Origin: Flectonema sp. DT1601
Lineage: Eukaryota
Assembly (NCBI GenBank): GCA_964019425.1
Contig: OZ025795.1
Coordinates: 248,001 to 312,000, forward strand
Direction: 5' to 3'
Length of the DNA stretch: 64,000 nt
Shown: one piece after another, positions 22,659 through 33,600 of the stretch
How positions within the stretch are numbered: position 1 is the stretch's first letter
How the letters are laid out: every line of letters starts with the position of its first letter
The notes under the pieces: model-generated
Seen by the model: the letters and a program-made list of their open reading frames with translations, nothing else
What the model was told of the DNA's origin: nothing
The model's database searches: none
Made by a program: the position numbers and the translations under genes

Positions 22659-24110
22659 TTTTTATTTTTTTTTTTTGTACCTTCAGTAGGGAGTTCTACT
22701 GAAGGACTGCAAAGAAAAGGTAACAAAACTAATAATGATGTGATACTGATCGTGCATTCTAAAATACAGCTGTTAGAGGGAGAAGTCAATTCGGTGATGA
22801 CTATTTTAAACTTTTTTTTCAATTTGTGAAAAAATAGTTGTCAACTTTTTGAATTCAATTTTCACTGTGACAATATCATGTATCTGAAAAAAAAAAAAAA
22901 AAAAAGACAACGAGGGGAAAAAAAAAATTCTCTTTTTTTTTTTTTTTTTTTTCCTTTTTTTTTTTTTTTTTTTTCTTAACTACTATTATGCGATAAGAAC
23001 ATTAGCTGAACTAGAAGTCAGATTGTTGTTTTTAAAAAAAAATGAACTGGGGAAAACCTGAAGAATCGACCAACATCGACTTCATCACCTACTTACTAAG
23101 TGAATAGACCAACTGATACAGGATGAGCTCTATGTGCAATGGTACAGCCATGCGAATTTCTCTAGACTAAAAATAAAAAGAATAGAAGTCTTCAAGCTAG
23201 ACTTTACAAAAAAAGGGAAACAAATAAAAAAAAAAAAAAAACATAACAAAAGGGTATAAAATAAACAATAGAAATAGCAAGGTGCTGGTCTTTATTCACT
23301 TTCTGCGTGGGAAACTAGAACGGTAGAACAGAAAAACAGAAACCGTAATTTAGATTGTGAGACAGGTACTGTTAATGATGCTGTCTTACACAAGGGGAAA
23401 TTTTCCAAACAAAATATGAAGAGGAGACAAGAAGAAATTAAAAAATCGGAACCAAAACTAATCGCTACAGGACAGTAGATACAAAAAAAATTAAAGAAAT
23501 TGTAAAACGCTATTCTGGAAACAAGCAACCCACAAAATAAGTCGGAAATCAGACATTGGACCACCTCTCGCCCAGATCAGGATCTCTGGAAGCAACAGGT
23601 CATCAATGGTGTGGAGAACGAAGCCTTGTCTTAAGGAACTTCAGGACAGAGAATACCCGCTAAGCCTCAACTGATCAGCAATTAGCGCTTAACCGCACCT
23701 ATGCTTGACAGGAGGGAGCGTGTTGTGATACTGTGCGGCAACTTCCACTTGAGCTGTACCCGCAAAAGAATTTTTTTCCTTTTTTGCTGTAAACCTTCGT
23801 GTTGAGACCCGACATTTCAATAACATTCGCGTGGAATTAGGGGTTTGGACAACGAAGTTTGTTTTTTTTTTTTTTTTTTTTTAAAAAGAATTGCAAAAGC
23901 ACTCAAACATTAAAGACCACAATCAGCTATAAAGGTATTCCATAACTCAAATACTTATCACTGGAGGTGTATATTACTCACTTTCCAAATCTGATTCTGG
24001 AACTACCTAACCAATTACGAAGAAGTTGTAGTTCTTGTCTTTGTTCCTTGACGGTAAGTAGTTTCCTGACAGCCTGTTTTGTTTTATGATTTCTTTTAGA
24101 AAAAAGGATA

Positions 24111-26180
24111 TTAAAAGGAGGCATGGTACTGATTGAAAGGAATACGAGAACCACATACCTCAAGTTCCGCCGTGAGTTCAATTTCAGAAAGCTCAGATAC
24201 ACTTCGTTCAGAACGCGGCTTAGATATGAAGGAACGAGTAGGTGTCTCACGATCAGAATCACGTCGTGAAGTTGTCTTGTCGGTGCTGCTTGCCCTGAGT
24301 ACTCTGAGTGCTGTTTGGTCTACCCAATCAGTACTAACGATCGGTGCAGACTGATGACGTTTTTTTTTCCCAACTTTGTTATCAACAGAAACAATAGTCG
24401 GGGTACCCAATTGAGAATTCTCCTTCGCAATTTTTCCAGTAGTTGGAAGCTTTTCTAACAGATGATTCTTTCCATTAATACGACTACTGGAGTCTTCACC
24501 AGCAAGTGAAACTCGTTTTTCAGTCTGATGATTATTACTATTTGTTCTCAAACATGACTGAGGACGGGTTTCATCTTCATGAACAGGAGAAACAGGTAAT
24601 GACGGAGTGTCTAGTACCCCGAGATGAATATCACTGATTGTTGTAGGACTCGGTGAATTATCTTCCCCAGAGTTAATCGGGAACTCAAAATGCTTTCTCA
24701 TCAAAACTGCAGCACCTGCCGAACCTGCAGCAATGTCATTGTGATCACTTGGGCTAGTCTCTGTGTCACGGTGAGGTATTCGTTGATTGCAATCGACAAC
24801 GATAGGTCTAACATTTGCATTCTTTTTGTTACTAATCGCATTTAGACGTTCTGTAAAAGTAGAAGGACGTCGAGCAGGTGGAAAGTCCTGATTTGAATCG
24901 ACCTCAACAATGTCATCATCACTCACAGAGTCGTCTTCTGTAGGGTCTGGAAGCTGTAATGAAGTATCAAAAGGACTTTCTTTTCCATCAGATTGCTTTA
25001 CAATGTTATCGTGAACTCTGATAAAAGTTCCTCTCTTTGTACAGATCGCTGGAGATGGAATCTCTGCCGGATAATTAACGAAGGTATTATGCTCAACTGA
25101 CCCATTACAATGCTCTCCTACAGTTATGGCTGGCTGAGATGTAATCGAAAACGTGTTTGTAGATATACTTGGAGTTCCATTTCCTGTTATTGTTATACAA
25201 GAAGAGTCTATGTCATGAAAACTGTTTCCGGTTATGACTGGGCTGCTCTTGTCAATAACAATCGCAGACTCAACACAATTATGAAACGAATTATTAACCA
25301 CTAATGACGTACATCCCGATGCTAACATCATCTCACAAGAAGCATGGTCTGTCAGGTCATTTGAGTGGATCATTCCCTTTGACCCGGAATCGATCTTGAT
25401 CCCTTCAGCATTACCTTTTCGTAAATGATTTTTCCAAATGACTGGATGAGATCCGCCTTCAACAACAATACCGGCGCAGACATTGTTATAAATCGTGTTG
25501 TCTCTGATGATTCCTGTGGCAGCTCCTTGAATAGCAAGTCCAGCCCCATTTCCATTGTAAATCGTATTACTGTTTATCCAAGGGTTCGACAGACCACTGT
25601 AGGCTATGCCAGCATCATTGTTGTGATGGATTTCGTTGTTTTCTATAATTGCCTTTGCATCTTGCAAGGTTATACCAGGACCTCTCATGCAATGATGAAT
25701 TCGGCAACTTTCTATTACGGGATAGATTTGAGCGTATTCATTATTTTTAGAAATCTTAATACCACCAGTAGCACCAGTTATGGTGCAATTCTTAATTTCT
25801 GGTGAACACTTTGAGACTGCTATTCCAACACCCGAATCATTTCGTACTTGAATTCCTTCCAAACAGCTATTCTGACATAAATTAAATATCACAGTCGCAG
25901 GCGACCTCAACTCAGCAGACGAGTGCAGTAGAACAGTGTCCCGCTCTCCTTTTGCATTCACCTCTGCTTTTATTGTTATGTTTCGTGTAGTTATTTTAAT
26001 TGACTCCTTATAAAGACCTTCATGTATAATACAAACATCACCAGAACTCATTGATTCTAACTTCTGTTGAATAGATTGTCCCAGATGGACGTGATGTGTT
26101 TCCGGTTCTTGAAACTGCGACACACTCCTGGAGCTTGCCGAGGGGCGCTTGCAAGTCTTCTTCATACCCCTGCTGTCCAT
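24111..26180 (-). CDS. Right-handed parallel beta-helix (PbH1/CASH repeat, FBXO11-like) protein with a disordered C-terminus
   Basis: GDVCIIHEGLYKESI start motif and repeated IxxNxIxxNxxxGI units. Confidence 0.85.
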   Translation of the reverse strand: MDSRGMKKTCKRPSASSRSVSQFQEPETHHVHLGQSIQQKLESMSSGDVCIIHEGLYKESIKITTRNITIKAEVNAKGERDTVLLHSSAELRSPATVIFNLCQNSCLEGIQVRNDSGVGIAVSKCSPEIKNCTITGATGGIKISKNNEYAQIYPVIESCRIHHCMRGPGITLQDAKAIIENNEIHHNNDAGIAYSGLSNPWINSNTIYNGNGAGLAIQGAATGIIRDNTIYNNVCAGIVVEGGSHPVIWKNHLRKGNAEGIKIDSGSKGMIHSNDLTDHASCEMMLASGCTSLVVNNSFHNCVESAIVIDKSSPVITGNSFHDIDSSCITITGNGTPSISTNTFSITSQPAITVGEHCNGSVEHNTFVNYPAEIPSPAICTKRGTFIRVHDNIVKQSDGKESPFDTSLQLPDPTEDDSVSDDDIVEVDSNQDFPPARRPSTFTERLNAISNKKNANVRPIVVDCNQRIPHRDTETSPSDHNDIAAGSAGAAVLMRKHFEFPINSGEDNSPSPTTISDIHLGVLDTPSLPVSPVHEDETRPQSCLRTNSNNHQTEKRVSLAGEDSSSRINGKNHLLEKLPTTGKIAKENSQLGTPTIVSVDNKVGKKKRHQSAPIVSTDWVDQTALRVLRASSTDKTTSRRDSDRETPTRSFISKPRSERSVSELSEIELTAELEVCGSRIPFNQYHASF

Positions 26181-26464
26181 TTTGTAATATTATCACGCAG
26201 TCAGAAGCATGTTTTGAATTGAACTGCGAAAAGATGATATTTTTGACACGAGTTGGTACTCAATTCACTCAGCTCACCTTGTCGTCAGTCATGAAAGTAA
26301 AACAAAGGGATAACAACACGAAAGAACGCAACAGTTCTTCGTACATTCCAAAAGGGATTGAGCACTACCTCAAATCAGAAGCAAGACTGGCGTTGGAAAG
26401 GTTGTGTGTGTTATCCATCATGTGAATCATGTGAAGGAAGTGAATGTTCTGTTGAAGACCAGAC

Positions 26465-26555
26465 AATCAGACAGCCCGTCGTTGTTTGTCACCAGATCTG
26501 CACCCAAAGGGAGCAGGTAAGGCATCAGCTTGCAATACGACTTTCTCATCACGTG
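26465..26555 (-). ncRNA. Box C/D snoRNA family B; predicted guide for SSU Cm equivalent to E. coli 1402 / yeast Cm1639
   Basis: Minus strand: stem CAGACA, C GUGAUGA, D' CUGA, C' UGGUGA, guide CAACGACGGGC-UGU, D CUGA, stem UGUCUG. The guide pairs with SSU GCCCGUCGUUG and the D+5 rule lands on the first C. Copies at about 27510, 28207 (variant), 30972, 32140, 35499 and 36954; partial copy at 34490. Confidence 0.92.
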
Positions 26556-26587
26556 TCTGAAATTACTTCGAAGGAGATACATCAAGA

Positions 26588-26653
26588 GATTCTTGTACAC
26601 GTGGGTGTGCGTTAATTCCATATCCGGAAGGAACGCGACCGTATTGCGTACTT
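26588..26653 (-). ncRNA. Single-hairpin AGA-box (H/ACA-like) pseudouridylation guide RNA family C
   Basis: Lower stem GUACGC/GUGUAC, internal pocket, upper stem GCGUU..UUCC/GGAA..AACGC, then A-AGA-NNN. The pocket is partly complementary to LSU UGGGU..GACCGU (target tentative). Copies at about 27633, 31095, 32263, 34573, 35622 and 37077. Confidence 0.8.
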
Positions 26654-26728
26654 TCTAAAAAGAGATTGGGAACTTCCTCAACAACAAAAAGAATCAGCAG
26701 GGAAGCAGGAACACGGCAGAAAAAGCAA

Positions 26729-26822
26729 CGCTCAGACACGAAAGCTACGTCAACAAATAGCATTCAGGTGACTCACGGTCTGCAGAACTATGAGATCGGC
26801 TTTCTATCTCGTCAATCATTCG
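26729..26822 (-). ncRNA. Box C/D snoRNA family D (target unassigned)
   Basis: 7-bp terminal stem GCAACGC/GCGUUGC enclosing box C AUGAUUG and box D CUGA. Guides are complementary to ACGAAAGCUA and AACUAUGAGAUCGGC. Copies at about 27776, 28524, 31236, 32408, 34714, 35763, 36165 and 37218. Confidence 0.8.
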
Positions 26823-26883
26823 CGTTGCTATTTTCCCCTTTTTTACAACTCCTACAAAAACACAGAAAAGATGTCGCACACAC

Positions 26884-26974
26884 AGCTCAGACAGCAGGAC
26901 GGTAGTTGCAGTTTGGTTTCATGAGTAAAGGTTGGAAGCCATCAAATATTATGATAAGGTGATCATCTTCGCTC
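26884..26974 (-). ncRNA. Box C/D snoRNA family E; predicted guide for the LSU GTPase-associated centre (ACAGCAGGACGGU)
   Basis: Terminal stem (CAGAGC/GCUCUG in most copies), C-like AAGAUGA, D' UUGA and D CUGA. The 13-nt guide ACCGUCCUGCUGU is complementary to conserved LSU GACAGCAGGACGGU. Copies at about 27932, 28681, 31391, 32564, 34870, 35917 and 36319; internally deleted copy at 37374-37407. Confidence 0.88.
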
Positions 26975-27032
26975 TGAATGACGACAACTCAAATCAACGA
27001 GAAGAAGAAGAGAGAACGACAAGGAAACACGA

Positions 27033-27120
27033 AGTCAGCAAGTTTTAAACCTTTTTTCAAGTCACGAGAAATCAGAAGCAAGACTGGCGTTGGAAAGGTT
27101 GTGTGTGTTATCCATCATGT
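27033..27120 (-). ncRNA. Box C/D snoRNA family A; predicted guide for LSU Am equivalent to yeast Am1133 (snR61/U38 site)
   Basis: C AUGAUGG, then guide CGCCAGUCUUGCUU plus D' CUGA pairing with AAGCAAGACUGGCG (compare conserved AAGCAGAACUGGCG); D+5 falls on the A of GCA. Second guide AGGUUUAAAACUUG plus D CUGA. Copies at about 28082, 28834, 31663, 32717, 35023 and 36478; partial copy at 26375. Confidence 0.88.
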
Positions 27121-27204
27121 GAATCATGTGAGAAGTGCTGGTATTCCAAATGCATGAAAGGAATCGAAAAAGAACAACGCACTCACAACAGCAGGGCAAC
27201 AAAA

Positions 27205-27295
27205 GGATCAGCTTGAAGGCCGAAATTACTTGAAATCAATAAAAAGGATTTTCATACGAACGAGATCTATTGGGTAATTTCTATATCATCATGAG
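27205..27295 (-). ncRNA. Box C/D snoRNA family F; predicted guide for SSU Am equivalent to human 18S Am1383
   Basis: C AUGAUGA, then guide GAUCUCGUUCGU plus D' AUGA pairing with SSU ACGAACGAGAUC, and D CUGA with a second, unassigned guide. Copies at about 31835, 32889, 35195 and 36650. Confidence 0.88.
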
Positions 27296-27362
27296 ATATT
27301 GTGGAATCAATAACAACACAGAGAGGCGGATCTCAGGCAAAAGTCAGATGAGCGAATGGCAA

Positions 27363-27428
27363 ACATCTTCCGAGGTTGTCTGGACCCACAAAACATAAAG
27401 AAGGTCGTGCAGGGGATTCGACTCGGCT
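27363..27428 (-). ncRNA. Single-hairpin AGA-box guide RNA family G; predicted SSU pseudouridine equivalent to human 18S psi1367
   Basis: Lower stem CCGAG/CUCGG followed by A-AGA-UGU. Pocket strands GAAUC and CCAGACAA flank SSU UUGUCUGG[UU]GAUUC, with 15 nt from the pocket top to the AGA box. Copies at about 30825, 31993, 35352 and 36807. Confidence 0.85.
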
Positions 27429-28414
27429 ATCCTTCAACAACAGGCAGGCAATACGATGAATGGAACAACGACCTCACAACAGCGGGCAACAAAAGGATGA
27501 AGACCAGACAATCAGACAGCCCGTCGTTGTTTGTCACCAGATCTGCACCCAAAGGGAGCAGGTAAGGCATCAGCTTGCAATACGACTTTCTCATCATGTG
27601 TCTGAAATTACTTCAAAGGAGATACATCAAGAGATTCTTGTACACGTGGGTGTGCGTTAATTCCATATCCGGAAGGAACGCGACCGTATTGCGTACTTTC
27701 TAAAAAGAGATTGGGAACTTCTTCAACAACAAAAAGAATCAGCAGGGAAGCAGAGGAACACGGCAGACAAAGCAACGCTCAGACACGAAAGCTACGTCAA
27801 CAAATAGCATTCAGGTGACTCACGGTCTGCAGAACTATGAGATCGGCTTTCTATCTCGTCAATCATTCGCGTTGCTATTTTCCCCTTTTTTCCAATTCCC
27901 ACAAAAACACAGAAAAGATGTCGCACACACAGAGCTCAGACAGCAGGACGGTAGTTGCAGTTTGGTTTCATGAGTAAAGGTTGGAAGCCATCAAATATTA
28001 TGATAAGGTGATCATCTTCGCTCTGAATGACGACAACTCAAATCAACGAGAAGAAGAAGAGAGAACGACAAGGAAGCACGAAGTCAGCAAGTTTTAAACC
28101 TTTTTTCAAGTCACGAGAAATCAGAAGCAAGACTGGCGTTGGAAAGGTTGTGTGTGTTATCCATCATGTGAATCATGTGAAGGAAGTGAATGCTCGAAGA
28201 CCAGACAATCAGACAGCCCGTCGTTGTTTGTCACCAGATCTGCACCCAAAGGGAGCAGGTAAGGCATCAGCTTGCGCTACGACTTTGTCATCACGTGTCT
28301 GTAATAAATACATAGAAATTCAGGTGTGAAACCTCTGCACAGCAAGGCTCAATGATCATCTTCGCTCTGAATGACGGCAACTCAAATCAAAGACAGGTTC
28401 TGGAAAGGTTGTCA

Positions 28415-28493
28415 AATCAGACAAAGTAGTAGTAAGAAGTTATCGTCAAATATAATCCGACATATGCTTGTTATGATATGTGATCATCATATT
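28415..28493 (-). ncRNA. Box C/D snoRNA family H; predicted guide for SSU Am28 (yeast snR74 / human U27 site)
   Basis: C AUGAUGA, then guide ACAAGCAUAUG-U plus D' CGGA pairing with SSU CAUAUGCUUGU (D+5 = A28), C' UGACGA and D CUGA. Copies at about 31530 and 36056. Confidence 0.9.
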
Positions 28494-29119
28494 ACTTTAG
28501 ACAGTCAGTTTCAGAGAAAGCAACGCTCAGACACGAAAGCTACGTCAACAAATAGCATTCAGGTGACTCACGGTCTGCAGAACTATGAGATCGGCTTTCT
28601 ATCTCGTCAATCATTCGCGTTGCTATTTTCCTCCTTTTTTCCAACTCCCACAAAAACACAGAAAAGATGTCGCACACACAGAGCTCAGACAGCAGGACGG
28701 TAGTTGCAGTTTGGTTTCATGAGTAAAGGTTGGAAGCCATCAAATATTATGATAAGGTGATCATCTTCGCTCTGAATAACGACAACTCAAATCAACGAGA
28801 AGAAGAAGAAGAGAGAACGACAAGGAAGCACGAAGTCAGCAAGTTTTAAACCTTTTTTCAAGTCACGAGAAATCAGAAGCAAGACTGGCGTTGGAAAGGT
28901 TGTGTGTGTTATCCATCATGTGAATCATGTAAAGGAAGTGAATGAAAGATATAGTGTGAGAATCGTATGAGTACAGTAGCTGTAGTAGAAATAATTTTAA
29001 TTTTAAAGTCTAACGATCCACAATAATAAGGATAGCGCTACGAATGGATCTTAAGGCCCGACCTAAAAGGTTAGTTATTTCATTCTTTTTGTTTGTTCTT
29101 TAACTTTACTTAAACAAAC

Positions 29120-30422
29120 TTATTTGTGAGGTCTCCGATAGCCTCCTGCCGACTGATGTCCTCCAACTTTTCCCACTTTCACTTTTTCAGTATGTCCATT
29201 AAGGTAGTCTTCACGATAGGGATCTCGGGACTTTCCCCCTCGACCTCCTCTTTTCCCTCCGCCCTTATCACCCTTATATCCCTTACTTCCTGCCCTAGTC
29301 GGGTGGTCTTTTTGTATTATTTCCCTCACTTGCTCTTCTGGTTTTGCTGGTTCGTAGCTGTAAAGACTCTGTTTTAGTATTGTTATGTTTTATTGACTTC
29401 AAAAAGAGTATACGTGAGAGAATAATGTAACAAAACAAACCTCCATTTGCCTAGCTCTCTGCAAGGCTCGTGATCCAGCAGCTTTGGTTGCGTTAGTAAT
29501 CTTGTCAGTTTCTTTGTCGGTATTTTCTGTTTCTTTTGAAGGCTTGGCCACTGCACTTGGTGTAGAGCTGGCTTCCGTAGTCGAAGGCGTGTAAAGGCCG
29601 AGTTTTTTTAAGTCCTCGAAAATAGGAGACGGCCCAGGAGCATTTGCTTCCTTAGTTGGCTCCACGCGAGGTTGAGAATTCTTTTCACCAATTGAAAGTA
29701 ACAAGTTTGTTAATATGTGAGATGCCTCAGCTCCGTCACTTTTTTCATTAGTTGTAGGTGGAAGTGCCCGTTCCATAAGCTGCCTTTCCAAATCAACTGC
29801 ATCGCTGACTAATGTCTTTGGTGCTGTGTCCAGTATCGCCTCTGCAGGTGGTGGTGGAGTTGGTGCCCGTTCTACAAATAAATTATGCTTTACGCCATTC
29901 TTGTCAAACATCGCTACAAGCATTCTTACTAATTCTGGAGTGTTGCGCCCAGGGATTGGCACCAGTTTGTTAATACTACTTAACTGTTTTTATTATAATT
30001 TATTACATCTCTGATACAGGACAGGTTAATTATTATTATAAAGTAGTACATACACGAAGGTACACTCCTTCTTTGTCTTTGCCAAAGAATGCTTCGTAAA
30101 AAATTGGTCTTGCGACGTTGTCAACGCTGTACTGGACACCACTATTGCTTAAAGGATAAAACATTATTTCTGAGCCGTTGTATTTGAAAATTACAGGAGC
30201 CTCACCGTTTGCTTTTACATCGACTTCGATTGGAGGTGGTGGTGGTGGAGGTAGTTCACTTACTGGAGCAGGAGGAATATCTACGTTAATCCATTCTTCT
30301 CCTACTATTGGTGTAAACCCCAACATTGGTGGAGACGGTGGTGGTGGTGGTTCCGAAGGCGGCATAGGACATGCGTCCTTGTACTTATTCACGAACTCTT
30401 CATACGTGAATCCTAGCGGCAT
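29120..30422 (-). CDS. Hypothetical proline-rich protein with an RGG-like C-terminus; 3 exons (30422-30054, 29983-29441, 29368-29120)
   Basis: Two phase-0 GT..CAG introns join three ORF fragments in frame. Confidence 0.8.
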
Positions 30423-30677
30423 CTAAGGAGTTGGTTGGTGAATCTTAATATAACAGCACTTTTATGATTACTTTATCGTACCTGAAATAACATAAAATAT
30501 AAACAAAAAGAGTACAACGACAACAATCTACCTCAAACAACAGTATTTCTACATTATGCATGCCCTGCTAAAGGACAATGAGAAAATATATTATTAAAAA
30601 ATATATATCGTTGTAACTAAGCAACGTGTCATGCGTAGTGCCCAGGTATTACTCCATAACGTATTTATAATAAACAG

Positions 30678-33600
30678 CTAATCGTATACACAGAGTGTCT
30701 TTAGGTCATTATTATGAGACTTCCATGCCTGTTTTTTTTTATTTTTTCTCTTGTTTTAAAGGTATCGCTAATTCATTAATAAGGAAATACCAATCAACGC
30801 TAAAGTCAGATGAGTGAATGGCAAACATCTTCCGAGGTTGTCTGGACCCACAAAACATAAAGAAGGTCGTGCAGGGGATTCGACTCGGCTATCCTTCAAC
30901 AACAGGCAGGCAATACGATGAATGGAACAACGACCTCACAACAGCGGGCAACAAAAGGATGAAGACCAGACAATCAGACAGCCCGTCGTTGTTTGTCACC
31001 ACATCTGCACCCAAAGGGAGCAGGTAAGGCATCAGCTTGCAATACGACTTTCTCATCACGTGTCTGAAACTACTTCAAAGGAGATACATCAAGAGATTCT
31101 TGTACACGTGGGTGTGCGTTAATTCCATATCCGGAAGGAACGCGACCGTATTGCGTACTTTCTAAAAAGAGATTGGGAACTTCCTCAACAACAAAAAGGA
31201 TCAGCAGGAAAGCAAGAACACGACAGAAAAAGCAACGCTCAGACACGAAAGCTACGTCAACAAATAGCATTCAGGTGACTCACGGTCTGCAGAACTATGA
31301 GATCGGCTTTCTATCTCGTCAATCATTCGCGTTGCTATTTTCCCCTTTTTTCCAACTCCCACAAAACACAGAAAAGATGTCGCACACACAGAGCTCAGAC
31401 AGCAGGACGGTAGTTGCAGTTTGGTTTCATGAGTAAAGGTTGGAAGCCATCAAATATTATGATAAGGTGATCATCTTCGCTCTGAATGACGGCAACTCAA
31501 ATCAAAGACAGGTTCTGGAAAGGTTCTCAAATCAGACAAAGTAGTAGTAAGAAGTTATCGTCAAATATAATCCGACATATGCTTGTTATGATATGTGATC
31601 ATCATATTACTTTCAGTCAGTTTAAAGTACAGAACCGACACCAGAAGTGACACGAACCACGAAGTCAGCAAGTTTTAAACCTTTTTTCAAGTCACGAGAA
31701 ATCAGAAGCAAGACTGGCGTTGGAAAGGTTGTGTGTGTTATCCATCATGTGAATCATGTGAGAAGTGCTGGTATTCCAAATGCATGAAAGGAATCGAAAA
31801 AGAACAACGCACTCACAACAGCAGGGCAACAAAAGGATCAGCTTGAAGGCCGAAATTACTTGAAATCAATAAAAAGGATTTTCATACGAACGAGATCTAT
31901 TGGGTAATTTCTATATCATCATGAGATATTGTGGAATCAATAACAACACAGAGAGGCAGATCTCAGGCAAAAGTCAGATGAGCGAATGGCAAACATCTTC
32001 CGAGGTTGTCTGGACCCACAAAACATAAAGAAGGTCGTGCAGGGGATTCGACTCGGCTATCCTTCAACAACAGGCAGGCAATACGATGAATGGAACAACG
32101 ACCTCACAACAGCGGGCAACAAAAGGATGAAGACCAGACAATCAGACAGCCCGTCGTTGTTTGTCACCAGATCTGCACCCAAAGGGAGCAGGTAAGGCAT
32201 CAGCTTGCAATACGACTTTCTCATCATGCGTCTGAAATTACTTCAAAGGAGATACATCAAGAGATTCTTGTACACGTGGGTGTGCGTTAATTCCATATCC
32301 GGAAGGAACGCGACCGTATTGCGTACTTTCTAAAAAGAGATTGGGAACTTCTTCAACAACACACAAAAAGGATCAGCAGGGAAGCAGGAACACGGCAGAA
32401 AAAGCAACGCTCAGACACGAAAGCTACGTCAACAAATAGCATTCAGGTGACTCACGGTCTGCAGAACTATGAGATCGGCTTTCTATCTCGTCAATCATTC
32501 GCGTTGCTATTTTCCCCTTTTTTCCAACTCCCACAAAAACACAGAAAAGATGTCGCACACACAGAGCTCAGACAGCAGGACGGTAGTTGCAGTTTGGTTT
32601 CATGAGTAAAGGTTGGAAGCCATCAAATATTATGATAAGGTGATCATCTTCGCTCTGAATGACGACAACTCAAATCAACGAGAAGAAGAAGAAGAGAGAA
32701 CGACAAGGAAGCAAGAAGTCAGCAAGTTTTAAACCTTTTTTCAAGTCACGAGAAATCAGAAGCAAGACTGGCGTTGGAAAGGTTGTGTGTGTTATCCATC
32801 ATGTGAATCATGTGAGAAGTGCTGGTATTCCAAATGCATGAAAGGAATCGAAAAAGAACAACGCACTCACAACAGCAGGGCAACAAAAGGATCAGCTTGA
32901 AGGCCGAAATTACTTGAAATCAATAAAAAGGATTTTCATACGAACGAGATCTATTGGGTAATTTCTATATCATCATGAAAAGGGTGAACCACAAGCACAA
33001 CATTAGAAGCAGAAGAAAGAATAATTACAAACCGTTAGGACAGATCGATGGTCGTTTTCGAGAAGAGAAATAATCTTTTTCTTGTGAATGTCGATGAAGT
33101 ATGAATAAGAGTGAATTAGTTCTCGTTGTTTACCACAATTTGAGTCGATAACTGACTCTATTGCTTTGATTCGAAGAAAGAGACCATCAAAAAGATTAAG
33201 TCGAGTAAAGCCACTATGCCACTGGTTGTACTCAGTGCCGACACTCGATGATAGAACCCCATCAGTAGAGTCATCATAAGGAACGGGTAATGCTTCATTA
33301 ATCTGACCTATACCTGGGTAACCAGTCTCACTGGGATAGACGAGTTTATTAACTATTTTATCGCCTCTAAGAGGCTGACTGTTCGCATTTTCAATGATTC
33401 CACCATCTGACCACACTGGTAAGGCTCCTTTCTGAACGATCGTGTGACTTTGAAACTGCTTTAAATCCTTCGTAAGATCTTTCAACTCACTTTTTTCAAC
33501 GAAATCCAAAAAAGATTTTATCGCACGTTTAGCAACAACTCCGTCCTTTGAGCGCTTTTTCCGCTCCTTTCTAGTAGAAGAAGGTCCACTACCGACATTT

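Larger units (their letters stand above)
26375..28945 (-). ncRNA. snoRNA array 1: 19 units, plus-strand order A(partial),B,C,D,E,A,F,G,B,C,D,E,A,B-variant,chimera,H,D,E,A
   Basis: Near-identical repeated modules (B-to-B period 1045 nt). On the minus strand each reads box C ... box D, or hairpin plus AGA. Guides match rRNA. Confidence 0.9.

Noticed and set aside
31623..31634. TTCTGTACTTTA on the minus strand, resembling the euglenozoan spliced-leader core
   Set aside because: Only 12 nt, not followed by TTG|GT and lacking the SL 5' half; likely chance.
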